From positions 1-36,874 of the IMG/VR virus record IMGVR_UViG_3300005286_000521: DNA of 36,874 bases. One strand, given 5' to 3'. The notes beneath the pieces are model-generated. The model searched no databases. It saw only the letters and a program-made list of their open reading frames with translations, and was not told the DNA's origin. The DNA is from a virus. Taxonomy: Duplodnaviria > Caudoviricetes. Shown here piece after piece: positions 17,641-26,610 of the stretch. The position numbers were made by a program, and so were the translations under genes. Each line of letters starts with the position of its first letter. Position 1 is the first letter of the stretch.

Positions 17641-18186
17641 GCTTTCCAGGTAGCGATTGGTAATCGCCAGGATCTCAGCATCGTCCTGCGCCGACGTGCC
17701 CAACCAAGGGCGTGCAGGCATGTTGATAGTGTAAGAGCCAATCTTAACGCGTTGTGCAAAATTGCTCTGTTTGCGCTTTACAAAACGATTACCCACCGAA
17801 CCATCTTTGTTCTGACGGAAGTACACATCACTGTCGCGGGCTTCGCGTTTGATCTGCCCGCCCAAATGGTGAATCCGTGCATACACCCGGTCACTACCAA
17901 ACAACAACTGACTCTCGGTGGATTGGTAGCGCAACAGGTTCTTTAAATAGCCGTCCAGCTGCAGGATCTTGTTTTTGTTTTTCTTCTTATTGTGCAGGTA
18001 GCGGGGCGAGAGTGCGCGCCAGGGCGTACCGTCCGGCGCTTGCTGTTGCTCGAAGCGGCGGTCGTGGGCGATCAACAGGTATTCGCCAATGTCGTTATAC
18101 AACGGCTGCACGTTGCCCGTGCGCTGGAGTATGGCCGCGATTGCGGCGACGGCATTTTTGAAATTATATTCCAGTGTAATGCTCAT
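17623..18186 (-). CDS. Virion morphogenesis protein (Mu gpG-like)
   Basis: RF..QQAPDGTPW..LS, YARIHHLGG, MPARPWLG. Confidence 0.9.
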   Translation of the reverse strand: MSITLEYNFKNAVAAIAAILQRTGNVQPLYNDIGEYLLIAHDRRFEQQQAPDGTPWRALSPRYLHNKKKNKNKILQLDGYLKNLLRYQSTESQLLFGSDRVYARIHHLGGQIKREARDSDVYFRQNKDGSVGNRFVKRKQSNFAQRVKIGSYTINMPARPWLGTSAQDDAEILAITNRYLESIINAS

Positions 18187-19390
18187 CAATCACCCGGCGG
18201 TAAAGTTGCTCGCCCATGCGTAAATCTTGCAGGTTCAACTCCGGGTTGGTGCGGCTGGTCATGGCGCTCCAGCCGTACTTGCTCCACTCCACTACAACTT
18301 GCACGGGTGTGGTTTCACCTTCTGGCGTAATCGTGAGCAGGTAATTACGAATTACGGCAGATTTGCCGTTGGGATAAACTTCCAGCCGTGCCCACACTTC
18401 ATCCGGCTCGCGCAACGCTAACGCCATCCAACGCGCAGCGGGGCCGAGACTACCCAAGGCCATATCGCCACTGCCGTTTTCAAATAGCGATTGCCCAATC
18501 ACGTGGGATTCGCCAGCCAGGTCTTTAAAAATCACCGGTTCATCAACCGCATCGAATTCGCGCAGGAAATCATCCGCGTATTGTCGCGGCGATAAATTTT
18601 CTGGCAGCGGTGCTGGTGCTGTTCGTGGCGCTGGTAAAGGTGCTTGCCGTGGCGGCCTGGGTGCGGGCGTGAGCGGTGCGGGCGACGACATGGGCGGCAT
18701 GTTGCCTTCCAGACGCGAGCGACCTGGAATGTAATCAAAACCCGGATCGATGCCTTCGGGCACACGCACAGAGTACGGGCCACCGGGGCTGCGCTTACCA
18801 ATCTCCCGATCCATGAAATTATCGGGCGGTGCGGTATCCACAGTGCGACCCATTGCGCGCAAATCAGATTCGCTCAGTGCACGCACGCGGCACTGGCAAC
18901 CCCAACCACCGGGTGGGAAGTGCGTGCGCCACCAGGGGTCATCCCAACGCAGAATTAAACCATCCCACGACAGGTGATGCGGGCGCGGGAATTCAACGGC
19001 GTCGTTGTGAATGTATTGCCAGTAGGGGCGAGTTTCGCGCACAGCAAGCAGTTGCTGGTAACGGCCCGCCATGTAGCTGCTGTTGAGGTTGGTTTCGTAA
19101 ATAATGCGCGTGCGCCAGTTGCGCCCGCCGTTGTAACTCCAGCCGTATTGCTTAACGATGTTGTCGAAGTCCTTGCGGAATTCTTCCAAGGTAATACCGC
19201 CGCTCACTACGCGCTCTAACGATTCGCGAAAACTGCCGACGATATCGTCCCGGTTTGCACCGGCCACCACAAATGCATAGTCATGCTGCTCCCGGTATAT
19301 ATCCGTCCATGCCTGGGTCGGCATGTTCAGCTTGCGGCGGAAAAATTCCGACTGCTCGCGAAACGGCAGGCTCACCGGGTTAAGTGGCAT
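18164..19390 (-). CDS. MuF (gp30) minor head protein with Pro-rich linker and PBECR-like C-terminal domain
   Basis: AFVVAGA, RTRIIYETN, PRPHH..WDG, FPPGGWGCQCRV; C-terminal LREPDEVW. Confidence 0.85.
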   Translation of the reverse strand: MPLNPVSLPFREQSEFFRRKLNMPTQAWTDIYREQHDYAFVVAGANRDDIVGSFRESLERVVSGGITLEEFRKDFDNIVKQYGWSYNGGRNWRTRIIYETNLNSSYMAGRYQQLLAVRETRPYWQYIHNDAVEFPRPHHLSWDGLILRWDDPWWRTHFPPGGWGCQCRVRALSESDLRAMGRTVDTAPPDNFMDREIGKRSPGGPYSVRVPEGIDPGFDYIPGRSRLEGNMPPMSSPAPLTPAPRPPRQAPLPAPRTAPAPLPENLSPRQYADDFLREFDAVDEPVIFKDLAGESHVIGQSLFENGSGDMALGSLGPAARWMALALREPDEVWARLEVYPNGKSAVIRNYLLTITPEGETTPVQVVVEWSKYGWSAMTSRTNPELNLQDLRMGEQLYRRVIDEHYTGI

Positions 19391-20906
19391 TGGTGATCTC
19401 CATCATCACATCGTCACGCCCGGACAGTTCCGCCACACGCAACGCCTCGGCCATCACTGCCGCGTATTGGTCGATGCTCATGTCGGGCATCAGTGCGAGC
19501 AAGCCATCGCGGATCTCATCCACACTCTGAGCGCTATCCACCAGCGCTTTAATCTGGTCCAGCCAGTCATCCGTTACGCGCTGCAGCCGATCATCCAGCT
19601 GGTCCGCCATGGTTTTCGGGGCGGGTTCAGCGAACGCAGGATTTTGCAGCGGGTTCTGTTGTGGATTTGCCGCGTCGGGTGTTGGTGCAGACCGCTCAAT
19701 CCATTCGCCACCATAGGTGTCGGTAATGTGCTTGAGCGTAGGCTTGTAACCCATGGTGTAAATTTTTGAGTCGCGCTCAGCGGTGGTGTTTTGATCCTCT
19801 TCGGGATCAACGTTGCGGTACACCTTCGGCAGTTCTGCACCGGGGTAATTCCACTCGGTCAACCACTTCACGATGGTGTTATTAAACGATTCGCAAATCA
19901 GATCCGAATCGGCCTTAACGATATCTTCGCGCACGTCGCCCTGCAGATCATCGCTACCCAATCGACCGGGCGTGCCCTCTGTGCTCGCGGATTGCCCGAG
20001 AACAACTTTCGCGATGGCTTTATCCATGCGGTCATACAGCGAGGTGTAATCGGCGGTGCCGCTGCGGGCCGCCTCCAATAATTCGATCACCATGCCCTCG
20101 GGCACAATCACACCTGCATCCGTGGCAATCGCGCCCAGCGCTTGGAGCAATTTGTTTTTTTCCTGCTGCAAGGCATTGTTGGGATATTTTCCCACAGCAG
20201 TGGGTTGGCCGAACTTTTCCAAAAATACCAGCCAGTATTTCAGGCCATTGCGTTTGAAAAACGTGGGCCAGTAAAGCCAGTGCGCAAGGCCGATGCCGTA
20301 AGGTTCATCGTCGTGATCACCGCCGGTGGTATAACACCAGAACTTCCGCTCGGGCAGCAATTCACCGTCGGGGTTAGAAAAGGTCTTCAGGCGAAGCCGG
20401 CCCGCACCGTCAAATCCAAATCGCTCGCGGTTACGTACCACCACGCGATCCATCACCACTTCGTTGCCATCCGTTGTCCACATCGCCTCAGCAACGGCAT
20501 AACCGTAAAACAGGCCGTACAGCATCTTTTCGGTGAGGCGATCAAAGCCAACATTGTTGATCTGCTCGCGGATAGAATCAGCGGCTTTTTTATCCAGGCG
20601 AGAGGTGCCGCCAGCATCCACTTGCCAGTTTTTACTGGTGACCGCCAGCGTGCGCTGATTGAACGCGGTTTTAACCTGATCATCACGCAGCACTTGTTTA
20701 TAGATCTCGTAATCGCCGCTGCCACGCAGGCGCAGGATGGTGTCAGTGGTTTGCTGCAGCTGCATCGGGTCGATGTAGCCCCGTGTAATGTCACGGCCAT
20801 CCAAGGTGGTGGCAATTTCACGCATCTCCGGTCGCGCCGGTTTGCGCTCTGCAAAGCTGGCTGGCACCAATACGCCATTGCGCGAGTATTCGTATGTGTT
20901 GGGCAC
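19380..20906 (-). CDS. Portal protein (Mu gp29/DUF935)
   Basis: PYGIGLAHWLYWP, FLEKFGQP..VGKY, IAKVVLGQ. Confidence 0.92.
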   Translation of the reverse strand: MPNTYEYSRNGVLVPASFAERKPARPEMREIATTLDGRDITRGYIDPMQLQQTTDTILRLRGSGDYEIYKQVLRDDQVKTAFNQRTLAVTSKNWQVDAGGTSRLDKKAADSIREQINNVGFDRLTEKMLYGLFYGYAVAEAMWTTDGNEVVMDRVVVRNRERFGFDGAGRLRLKTFSNPDGELLPERKFWCYTTGGDHDDEPYGIGLAHWLYWPTFFKRNGLKYWLVFLEKFGQPTAVGKYPNNALQQEKNKLLQALGAIATDAGVIVPEGMVIELLEAARSGTADYTSLYDRMDKAIAKVVLGQSASTEGTPGRLGSDDLQGDVREDIVKADSDLICESFNNTIVKWLTEWNYPGAELPKVYRNVDPEEDQNTTAERDSKIYTMGYKPTLKHITDTYGGEWIERSAPTPDAANPQQNPLQNPAFAEPAPKTMADQLDDRLQRVTDDWLDQIKALVDSAQSVDEIRDGLLALMPDMSIDQYAAVMAEALRVAELSGRDDVMMEITNAT

Positions 20907-20908
20907 GA

Positions 20909-22297
20909 TTAAAACCCTCTAAAATCTTGCGAGCCGCCGACAGTGCCGAAGCCGTCGTCGGTAAATGTTGCGCGTGAACGGGAACCATCAAACTCTGAGA
21001 ATGATCGGGCGGCACTCCGTACGCCGGTAGATTGAAAGTCAATTTCCACCGATGGACCGGACGCCGCATTAATGGCAAGGAAACCGGCCCATGTGCGGTC
21101 CGCGTGACCATTGCTGTCGCTATCCGCCACAAAGCGTGGTGCACCGGTTTCACTGGTTACTTTCTTCAGTTTGTGCAAGTCCGCACGCAGCTCGTTGCGC
21201 CCCTGCGGTATACGCAGCTTGCGATCCTGAAAATGCTCTTTGCCGCGTGTGGCCAATGTCAATTTGTTGGGCGAGGTAAACAGCACGCCTTCGACCCGCA
21301 ACGAACCATGGCGACGCTTGGCATCCTCCACGGGCTTTTCACCCATGCCCGTCTGGTCCATGTTGCAGCGTAATACGCGGTAGCGATTGAACACGTCGTC
21401 CAGCAGCATGTCCTGCTCGGCAAAACTGATGCGCTTGCGCTCAATAATTTCTCGCGTCCACAGTACGTCGCCCACCTGCTCAACGACCCATATCACAAAC
21501 AGGTCGTTACGGCTGGCGATATCGACGCCCACATAACTCGGGCCGCCGGTGTAGTGTTCAGGTATGCCTGCTAACTCATGCTCACAGCTGGTGATCAGCT
21601 CAAAGTCAAGCCACGCACTCGCTTCGTCCAGCCATTGCAGTTCAAATTCCTGCGCCCATAAATCATCATCGCCGGCCCCGCGCCGTAATTCTTCGATATC
21701 GCGCGGCAATCCATCTTTTACGGCCTGATAAATATCGGTGATATGGCGGCTCCAACCGTCATCTTTGCCTGTCATCAAGTCGTAGAATTTATTGCCTTTG
21801 CCGTTCGGGGTGCTGATAACGCGCAGCTTTAAACCGGGCTTTGAAATCACCGGGAACAAGGCTTTCCAGATGGCTCGGCTGTCTTGGTGAAACGCAAATT
21901 CATCGAGCAACACATTGGCAGAAAAGCCCCGCGCTGTGTCAGGGTTAGCGGGCAGTGCAGTAATCTTGCTGCCGTGTGGCAATTCCACCTCCAGCGCTTT
22001 AACACCAGGCTCCCATTCGTAATCGTATGCCTGGAAACCTGCGGTTAATGCGCCCAGGTGTAACTTCACACCTTCATTCATGGCTTCGCGTGCCTGCCGT
22101 TCGCCACGACTGAGAATTACCCACCGCTTGCGTTGCTTTAGCGCATCTGCACGGGCACAGTCCAGCGCTAACTCAAGCGTGCTGGTAAATGTCTTGCCGC
22201 ACTGACGGGCGAACATCGCAATTTTAAAACGCGACTCATCGCTTACCCAGCGGCGCTGGTAGGCATAGAGTGGGAGTGCTGGCTGAAGGATATTCAT
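20909..22297 (-). CDS. terL: Terminase large subunit
   Basis: ARQCGKT Walker A, LLDEFAFH Walker B, ISTPNG, GVDIA and HADRTWA nuclease motifs. Confidence 0.95.
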   Translation of the reverse strand: MNILQPALPLYAYQRRWVSDESRFKIAMFARQCGKTFTSTLELALDCARADALKQRKRWVILSRGERQAREAMNEGVKLHLGALTAGFQAYDYEWEPGVKALEVELPHGSKITALPANPDTARGFSANVLLDEFAFHQDSRAIWKALFPVISKPGLKLRVISTPNGKGNKFYDLMTGKDDGWSRHITDIYQAVKDGLPRDIEELRRGAGDDDLWAQEFELQWLDEASAWLDFELITSCEHELAGIPEHYTGGPSYVGVDIASRNDLFVIWVVEQVGDVLWTREIIERKRISFAEQDMLLDDVFNRYRVLRCNMDQTGMGEKPVEDAKRRHGSLRVEGVLFTSPNKLTLATRGKEHFQDRKLRIPQGRNELRADLHKLKKVTSETGAPRFVADSDSNGHADRTWAGFLAINAASGPSVEIDFQSTGVRSAARSFSEFDGSRSRATFTDDGFGTVGGSQDFRGF

Positions 22298-22809
22298 AGA
22301 CCGTAGGCCGCCTGGATCACCTTATTCAGGATCTCAACTTCCACCTCACCGGACTTGCCTAATTCGTCCAGCTTTTGGCGTTGCTCCTGGATGAGTTGTT
22401 TACGGGCATTCTGCTCAATCGCAAATTTCTTTTGCTGGATCGTCGCACGACCCAGCTCTGCAATAGCACGGGCTGCCTTGGGCAAATCTACTTTCGCATC
22501 TTCGGCCAGCAGCATGTTGAACAGGCGCTCTTGCACCAGACGCATCAGCGAATCGTTTACCGCGCCTTCATCGTCGGGCGATGCTTCGACAATCGCTTTT
22601 GCCTGCTCGCTGGCCAGCTTTAACGCGGCGAGGCGATCCTCAAAATTCTGGCCGTAGCGGTTGAGTGCGCTTTTGCTGATGTCGAAGCCACGCGCTTTCA
22701 GCTCATCGGACAGCGCCTGATATTCAGAGAAATTGTTATCGGCCAGCGCTCTATCGAGCCACGCCTTAACGTCGGTGGGCAATTGCTCTACTTTGCTACG
22801 TGGTGGCAT
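22294..22809 (-). CDS. Terminase small subunit (Mu gp27/DUF3486)
   Basis: MPPRSKVEQLP, ISKSALNRYG; directly upstream of terL. Confidence 0.85.
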   Translation of the reverse strand: MPPRSKVEQLPTDVKAWLDRALADNNFSEYQALSDELKARGFDISKSALNRYGQNFEDRLAALKLASEQAKAIVEASPDDEGAVNDSLMRLVQERLFNMLLAEDAKVDLPKAARAIAELGRATIQQKKFAIEQNARKQLIQEQRQKLDELGKSGEVEVEILNKVIQAAYGL

Positions 22810-22812
22810 ACG

Positions 22813-23127
22813 TCACCCCGCCCAGTATTTAGTGGGGCGCGCGATGCCTGGCAGTACATCAACCGTATACTCGGCAACGTCCACACCGTAGTGAGTTAAT
22901 TCAGCACGCCAATATCCCGCCGGGTCTTTCACCACCTGGACTAATTTGCGGTCATCCAGATAATCCAGCTCGCGGCGCACCTCCAGTGCGGTTGCATCAC
23001 CGATAATGCCCTGCAAAGTCTGCAGTATCAGCGACTCGTGAGTAACCACGGGCCGTGCATTGTTAAGCGTGAGCAGGATAAACCAGCGCATCGACTCGCG
23101 GCGTGACTTGGCATGATCAATGTTCAT
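22813..23127 (-). CDS. Mu gp26-like winged-helix protein
   Basis: RRE..RW.IL..L, ELDYL..R.LV, LT..GVDVAE, PGIARP. Confidence 0.75.
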   Translation of the reverse strand: MNIDHAKSRRESMRWFILLTLNNARPVVTHESLILQTLQGIIGDATALEVRRELDYLDDRKLVQVVKDPAGYWRAELTHYGVDVAEYTVDVLPGIARPTKYWAG

Positions 23128-23461
23128 GGCGACCTCTTAATTCGCGGTTTTCCTGTCGTAATGCGATAGCATCCAGCTTCGCTTCAATGATGGTTTGGTT
23201 GCGGACGTAGTCTTCACGCATCACAAAACGCATGGGTAGATCCGCCTTCAATTCCATTAATTCTCGTTCGACACGCGCCCATTCTTTCGAGTCTTTGTGA
23301 ATCAGCGTCATGTTGTTCTGTATCGCCGTAAATTTGTTTTCCAGCGACTCAGTAAACTGATCCTTTAGCTGAAGAATAAACCAGCCGATCAACGCGACGA
23401 TGGCGGCGATGATCGCACCAGCCATACCGACCAGTTGCCAAAACTCGACTTTAATTTCCAT
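23117..23461 (-). CDS. Membrane-anchored coiled-coil protein (Mu gp25-like)
   Basis: N-terminal TM; LP..FV.REDY.R. Confidence 0.7.
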   Translation of the reverse strand: MEIKVEFWQLVGMAGAIIAAIVALIGWFILQLKDQFTESLENKFTAIQNNMTLIHKDSKEWARVERELMELKADLPMRFVMREDYVRNQTIIEAKLDAIALRQENRELRGRHEH

Positions 23462-23633
23462 GAGCTATTACCTCGGCATCCTGGTGCAGCACGTAATTGC
23501 TGTAACCCTCTGGGTCTTGTACCAGGTATTCGTCCCGGTATTTACGCACGACGGTGAAGGAGCACCCCACATACCTGGCGTACCAGCGCAGGCTGTCGCT
23601 GCATTTAATGATTTTTATGGTCACTGCCCGCAC
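23451..23633 (-). CDS. Hypothetical 60-aa beta-rich protein
   Basis: Overlaps both neighbours and fills the gap in the late operon. Confidence 0.55.
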   Translation of the reverse strand: MRAVTIKIIKCSDSLRWYARYVGCSFTVVRKYRDEYLVQDPEGYSNYVLHQDAEVIAHGN

Positions 23634-23910
23634 CTCGTTTAATCAGTTCGTAATAGCGGCCCGCGCACAGGCCATACGCGTCATACAGTTCTTTCAGCGC
23701 GATTTGCGCCGCATCGCAACTGTTGTCACTCGGGCGCGGCACGGGTGGGCACAGCGTCATCAATGCCGCTGCTGGCTGCACGGTCGGCGCGGTCGGCAGC
23801 GTTGTGGATGTAGTGCATGACGTTATCGTCAAACACGCAATCAATACGCAGGTGGCTAGTCGTAGTGAGCGCACGGCGAATCTCCGATGTCGATTGCGCA
23901 TTAGCCGCAA
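23605..23910 (-). CDS. o-spanin (Rz1-like lipoprotein)
   Basis: Lipobox-like ITSC, Pro-rich, CPP...Y..CA; overlaps the i-spanin out of frame; exact start uncertain. Confidence 0.7.
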   Translation of the reverse strand: MRLMRNRHRRFAVRSLRLATCVLIACLTITSCTTSTTLPTAPTVQPAAALMTLCPPVPRPSDNSCDAAQIALKELYDAYGLCAGRYYELIKRGAGSDHKNH

Positions 23911-24133
23911 TCATGGTGTTGATGGTTTTGCCCAGGCGCAGGTTGTGTGCGTTGCTCTGGTCCATCAGCGATTTCGTTTGCTCCAGTGTGTCTGCCAGGC
24001 CGGTGATCGTTTGTTGTTGACACTTTGCGTGTTCACTGCCGCGTGCGTTGGATGCGCCCCAGAAATAAACGGCTGAATGACTGGTCGCTAGCAACAGCAC
24101 AAATGCAACGATGCCGATAATTTTTAGTTTCAC
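23726..24133 (-). CDS. i-spanin (Rz-like)
   Basis: N-terminal TM followed by coiled coil; GTGA overlap with the endolysin stop. Confidence 0.7.
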   Translation of the reverse strand: MKLKIIGIVAFVLLLATSHSAVYFWGASNARGSEHAKCQQQTITGLADTLEQTKSLMDQSNAHNLRLGKTINTMIAANAQSTSEIRRALTTTSHLRIDCVFDDNVMHYIHNAADRADRAASSGIDDAVPTRAAPE

Positions 24134-24837
24134 AGCGAATACCTCATGCCGCACACACCATGGCCCCATCCCGCGCGCACATACAGCGGCTCCCAGCGCA
24201 GCAGAATGACGCGGGGGTAATGTCGGTTTTCACGGAAGTTTGCGGCGGAGCGGCCCGCATTGAACCGCTCGATGTGATCGAACCACGCCAGCCCATCAGC
24301 CCCAGAAGCTAACGCCAGCTTTCGTTCGCGATTAACCCAACCCTGGCCGCCGTTGTAAGCAGCGAGGGTCATGGCCCAGTGATCGCAAGGATCGTTGGCG
24401 TGGTTTCGTTGATGCAGCCATAGGTCGTATTTCACCATTGCACGCAACGCCCAACCCGGATTTAACGGATCAGCATTGGCGAGCGCGCGTGGATAAATTT
24501 CCTCCATCCATACCGCCGTTGCAGGCATGAATTGCGCAATGCCGAGCGCACCAACAGGCGATTCTGCATCGGCTCGCCAATGGCTTTCCTGATGGACTTG
24601 CGCGGCGAATGTAGCGATAGGTGCATCCAATCCCCAGGTGCTATGTGCAGCACGCACCAGTGTTGCGCGGTGGGCGTTGGCGGCTTGTGGGATTATTTCT
24701 GCCGATACGGGAACGCAACGAACTAATAGAATCGCCACCACAGCGCCTGCGATGACCGAAGTCAAAATACGGATAAATTCGCGCAGCTGTATGCGACGCA
24801 TTGCCGCTGTGAAATCAGAATCGTTAGCCATGATCAC
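24130..24837 (-). CDS. Endolysin, SLT lytic transglycosylase with N-terminal signal-anchor
   Basis: QVHQES, GIAQFMPAT, AAYNGG, ENRHYP; Ala/Gly-rich N-terminal TM (SAR-like). Confidence 0.92.
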   Translation of the reverse strand: MIMANDSDFTAAMRRIQLREFIRILTSVIAGAVVAILLVRCVPVSAEIIPQAANAHRATLVRAAHSTWGLDAPIATFAAQVHQESHWRADAESPVGALGIAQFMPATAVWMEEIYPRALANADPLNPGWALRAMVKYDLWLHQRNHANDPCDHWAMTLAAYNGGQGWVNRERKLALASGADGLAWFDHIERFNAGRSAANFRENRHYPRVILLRWEPLYVRAGWGHGVCGMRYSL

Positions 24838-25187
24838 AATCCCAACGCCACGCCAATCGCAACAGCCATCACGATCAATGCGCGACGAATCATTGCCGCT
24901 GCATAGACCTGCTGGTAGTCGCCCATCACCGGATAATCAACAGCGCCTGGCGATCCGAACTCCGCCACCCTCGTGCGCCGCCAATCATCAATCAGAAACG
25001 AATCCGGTCGTGCGTACGGAAACATCACGCGATCAATCCAGTAACCCGCGAGTGCGCCAAGGGAAATCAAACAGAGCTTATACATCGCCACCGGCAACTG
25101 ATGCGGCGCAACAAGAAATAAGCCGATCAACAGCGCAACCGCAATGATCAGCAATGTCAGCAAGCGGGGAAGAAACCTGATTAACAT
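24834..25187 (-). CDS. Putative holin
   Basis: Three TM segments; GYWIDR..FPYARP, RRALI; first gene of the lysis cassette. Confidence 0.85.
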   Translation of the reverse strand: MLIRFLPRLLTLLIIAVALLIGLFLVAPHQLPVAMYKLCLISLGALAGYWIDRVMFPYARPDSFLIDDWRRTRVAEFGSPGAVDYPVMGDYQQVYAAAMIRRALIVMAVAIGVALGL

Positions 25188-25233
25188 TTAAAGCCTCCGA
25201 TGCGAAAGATAGTGTTATCAATCGAGAGACTTC

Positions 25234-25305
25234 AGAGTAACGACGCGCCGGGCGTTTGTATTTTGACACGTGTCAAAATACATCCCCACGCGCGCACGCG
25301 AAGAT
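25234..25305. promoter_or_regulatory. Bidirectional late promoter 3 (lysis operon leftward; small ORF rightward)
   Basis: Perfect 26-bp palindrome TGTATTTTGACACGTGTCAAAATACA (25257-25282); TACTCT (-, 25234-25239) and GAAGAT (+, 25300-25305), each 17 bp away. Confidence 0.75.
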
Positions 25306-25334
25306 GGGCACCTCAACAACTACGGAGGTGCGTT

Positions 25335-25748
25335 ATGAAATGGGGGATGTTGTTTCGCTGGAGATCACTGTGGGTTGGTGCTCACTGGTCGCCCTACAAT
25401 CGCCGCTTGCGCGTTAATTTACTGCCAATGATTACGCTATGGATTGTGTGGCCGGGCGGAATTACACCCAATCAAAAACAATCAATTAATCATTCTCACG
25501 GGATCGGTCCGACTTCTGGTTGTCGCCGTCACTCGAAGGATTTAAGCCGGAAGGAAGACCATATTTCTGAAACAACTCCTCGAAATCTTGAGCAAGCTCG
25601 CCGTCGCTCGCCTGGCGAATCCATTCATATAAAGCAGGCAGTCGATCTCGTCCGACGTCTTTCCCCTGAAGCGCGAGCAAAGCTAGTACAGCTAGCGGAT
25701 CACCTCCATCGAGAATCGCTGCAAAGCCCTTCCGAAACTGACGAATAA
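25335..25748 (+). CDS. Hypothetical Trp-rich protein; the 3' two-thirds is antisense to the next gene
   Basis: GGAGG RBS before ATG 25335; only the first ~50 codons lie outside the overlap. Confidence 0.5.
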   Translation: MKWGMLFRWRSLWVGAHWSPYNRRLRVNLLPMITLWIVWPGGITPNQKQSINHSHGIGPTSGCRRHSKDLSRKEDHISETTPRNLEQARRRSPGESIHIKQAVDLVRRLSPEARAKLVQLADHLHRESLQSPSETDE

Positions 25749-25977
25749 ATTGGCCATGTTTCAATTCTTCCATGTGGTCCGCGTAAAACGACATCACATC
25801 AAAAAGGGCAATTGTTTTGTCTTTCTCAGCAGCGCTGTTCTCGCAACAACGAATCGCCAACACTTTGCAAATCGAATTAATAGCCGCCAACTCATAATCA
25901 ACTGCCTTCATTTGAGCTTTAAGTGTCGAGACTTCGTTCTGAAGTGCAATCACTGCTTCTTCCAATTTTTTACTCAT
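25486..25977 (-). CDS. Hypothetical protein (N-terminal coiled coil, helical)
   Basis: AGGAGAG RBS; last gene of the repressor-linked cassette. Confidence 0.75.
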   Translation of the reverse strand: MSKKLEEAVIALQNEVSTLKAQMKAVDYELAAINSICKVLAIRCCENSAAEKDKTIALFDVMSFYADHMEELKHGQFIRQFRKGFAAILDGGDPLAVLALLALQGKDVGRDRLPALYEWIRQASDGELAQDFEELFQKYGLPSGLNPSSDGDNQKSDRSREND

Positions 25978-25988
25978 TCAAACTCTCC

Positions 25989-26303
25989 TTAATTCAAATC
26001 AAAGAATCCCCGGGGCTTCCTTGGCTCTCGCTCAAAGATACTCCACATACCTTCTTTCTCGCCGGTGGACCTAAAAATCTTTTTATGTCTGCTACACAGC
26101 TGCTCGACTTGGTCAAGAGTGAGGTGGAGATGGCTTGCAATAACTTTAGTTGAGCGCCAGCGTTGCCCGTCAATATCGGCCGTATTAGCCTCTAACCATT
26201 TATAGATACTGCGGAGCCGGATAGCATCTTTAAGGCATTTGAACACCCAAACCACCAAAACCACACTTAAACCCGAAACGACCGCCACAACCAACTCGCT
26301 CAT
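25989..26303 (-). CDS. Hypothetical membrane-anchored protein with winged-HTH-like C-terminus
   Basis: N-terminal TM; RWRSTKVIASHLHLTLDQVEQLC. Confidence 0.7.
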   Translation of the reverse strand: MSELVVAVVSGLSVVLVVWVFKCLKDAIRLRSIYKWLEANTADIDGQRWRSTKVIASHLHLTLDQVEQLCSRHKKIFRSTGEKEGMWSIFEREPRKPRGFFDLN

Positions 26304-26313
26304 CGCCTTACCG

Positions 26314-26592
26314 TTATATTGCCGGGTTATCTTTGATCTTCACGATGATGAGATACGATCCTGGCCCATCGATGCGGTGGCTCATATCCACCAATTTATA
26401 TGGATATCGCTGCTGAAACTGATGATGGATTTCGTTTGCAATTTCCGCTTTTGCCGCCCAATGCTGTGGATCGGAGTCACGAACCGTGTAGTTGTGTGTT
26501 CGATTGACAGGGTTATCAACCAACTCTGTCTCAGCTAACAGCTCGTGAACATGAGCAGCCACATCGAGTTCTTTTTCTGCGCTATCTTCCAT
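26314..26592 (-). CDS. Hypothetical 92-aa protein (paralogue of the next gene)
   Basis: GAGAGGA RBS; shared motif with 26611-26874. Confidence 0.7.
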   Translation of the reverse strand: MEDSAEKELDVAAHVHELLAETELVDNPVNRTHNYTVRDSDPQHWAAKAEIANEIHHQFQQRYPYKLVDMSHRIDGPGSYLIIVKIKDNPAI

Positions 26593-26610
26593 TAATCAAT
26601 CCTCTCGAAG

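Noticed and set aside
20963-20972. AAATGTTGCG half-match to the 26-bp palindrome
   Set aside because: Half-site only and inside the terL coding sequence; plausible by chance
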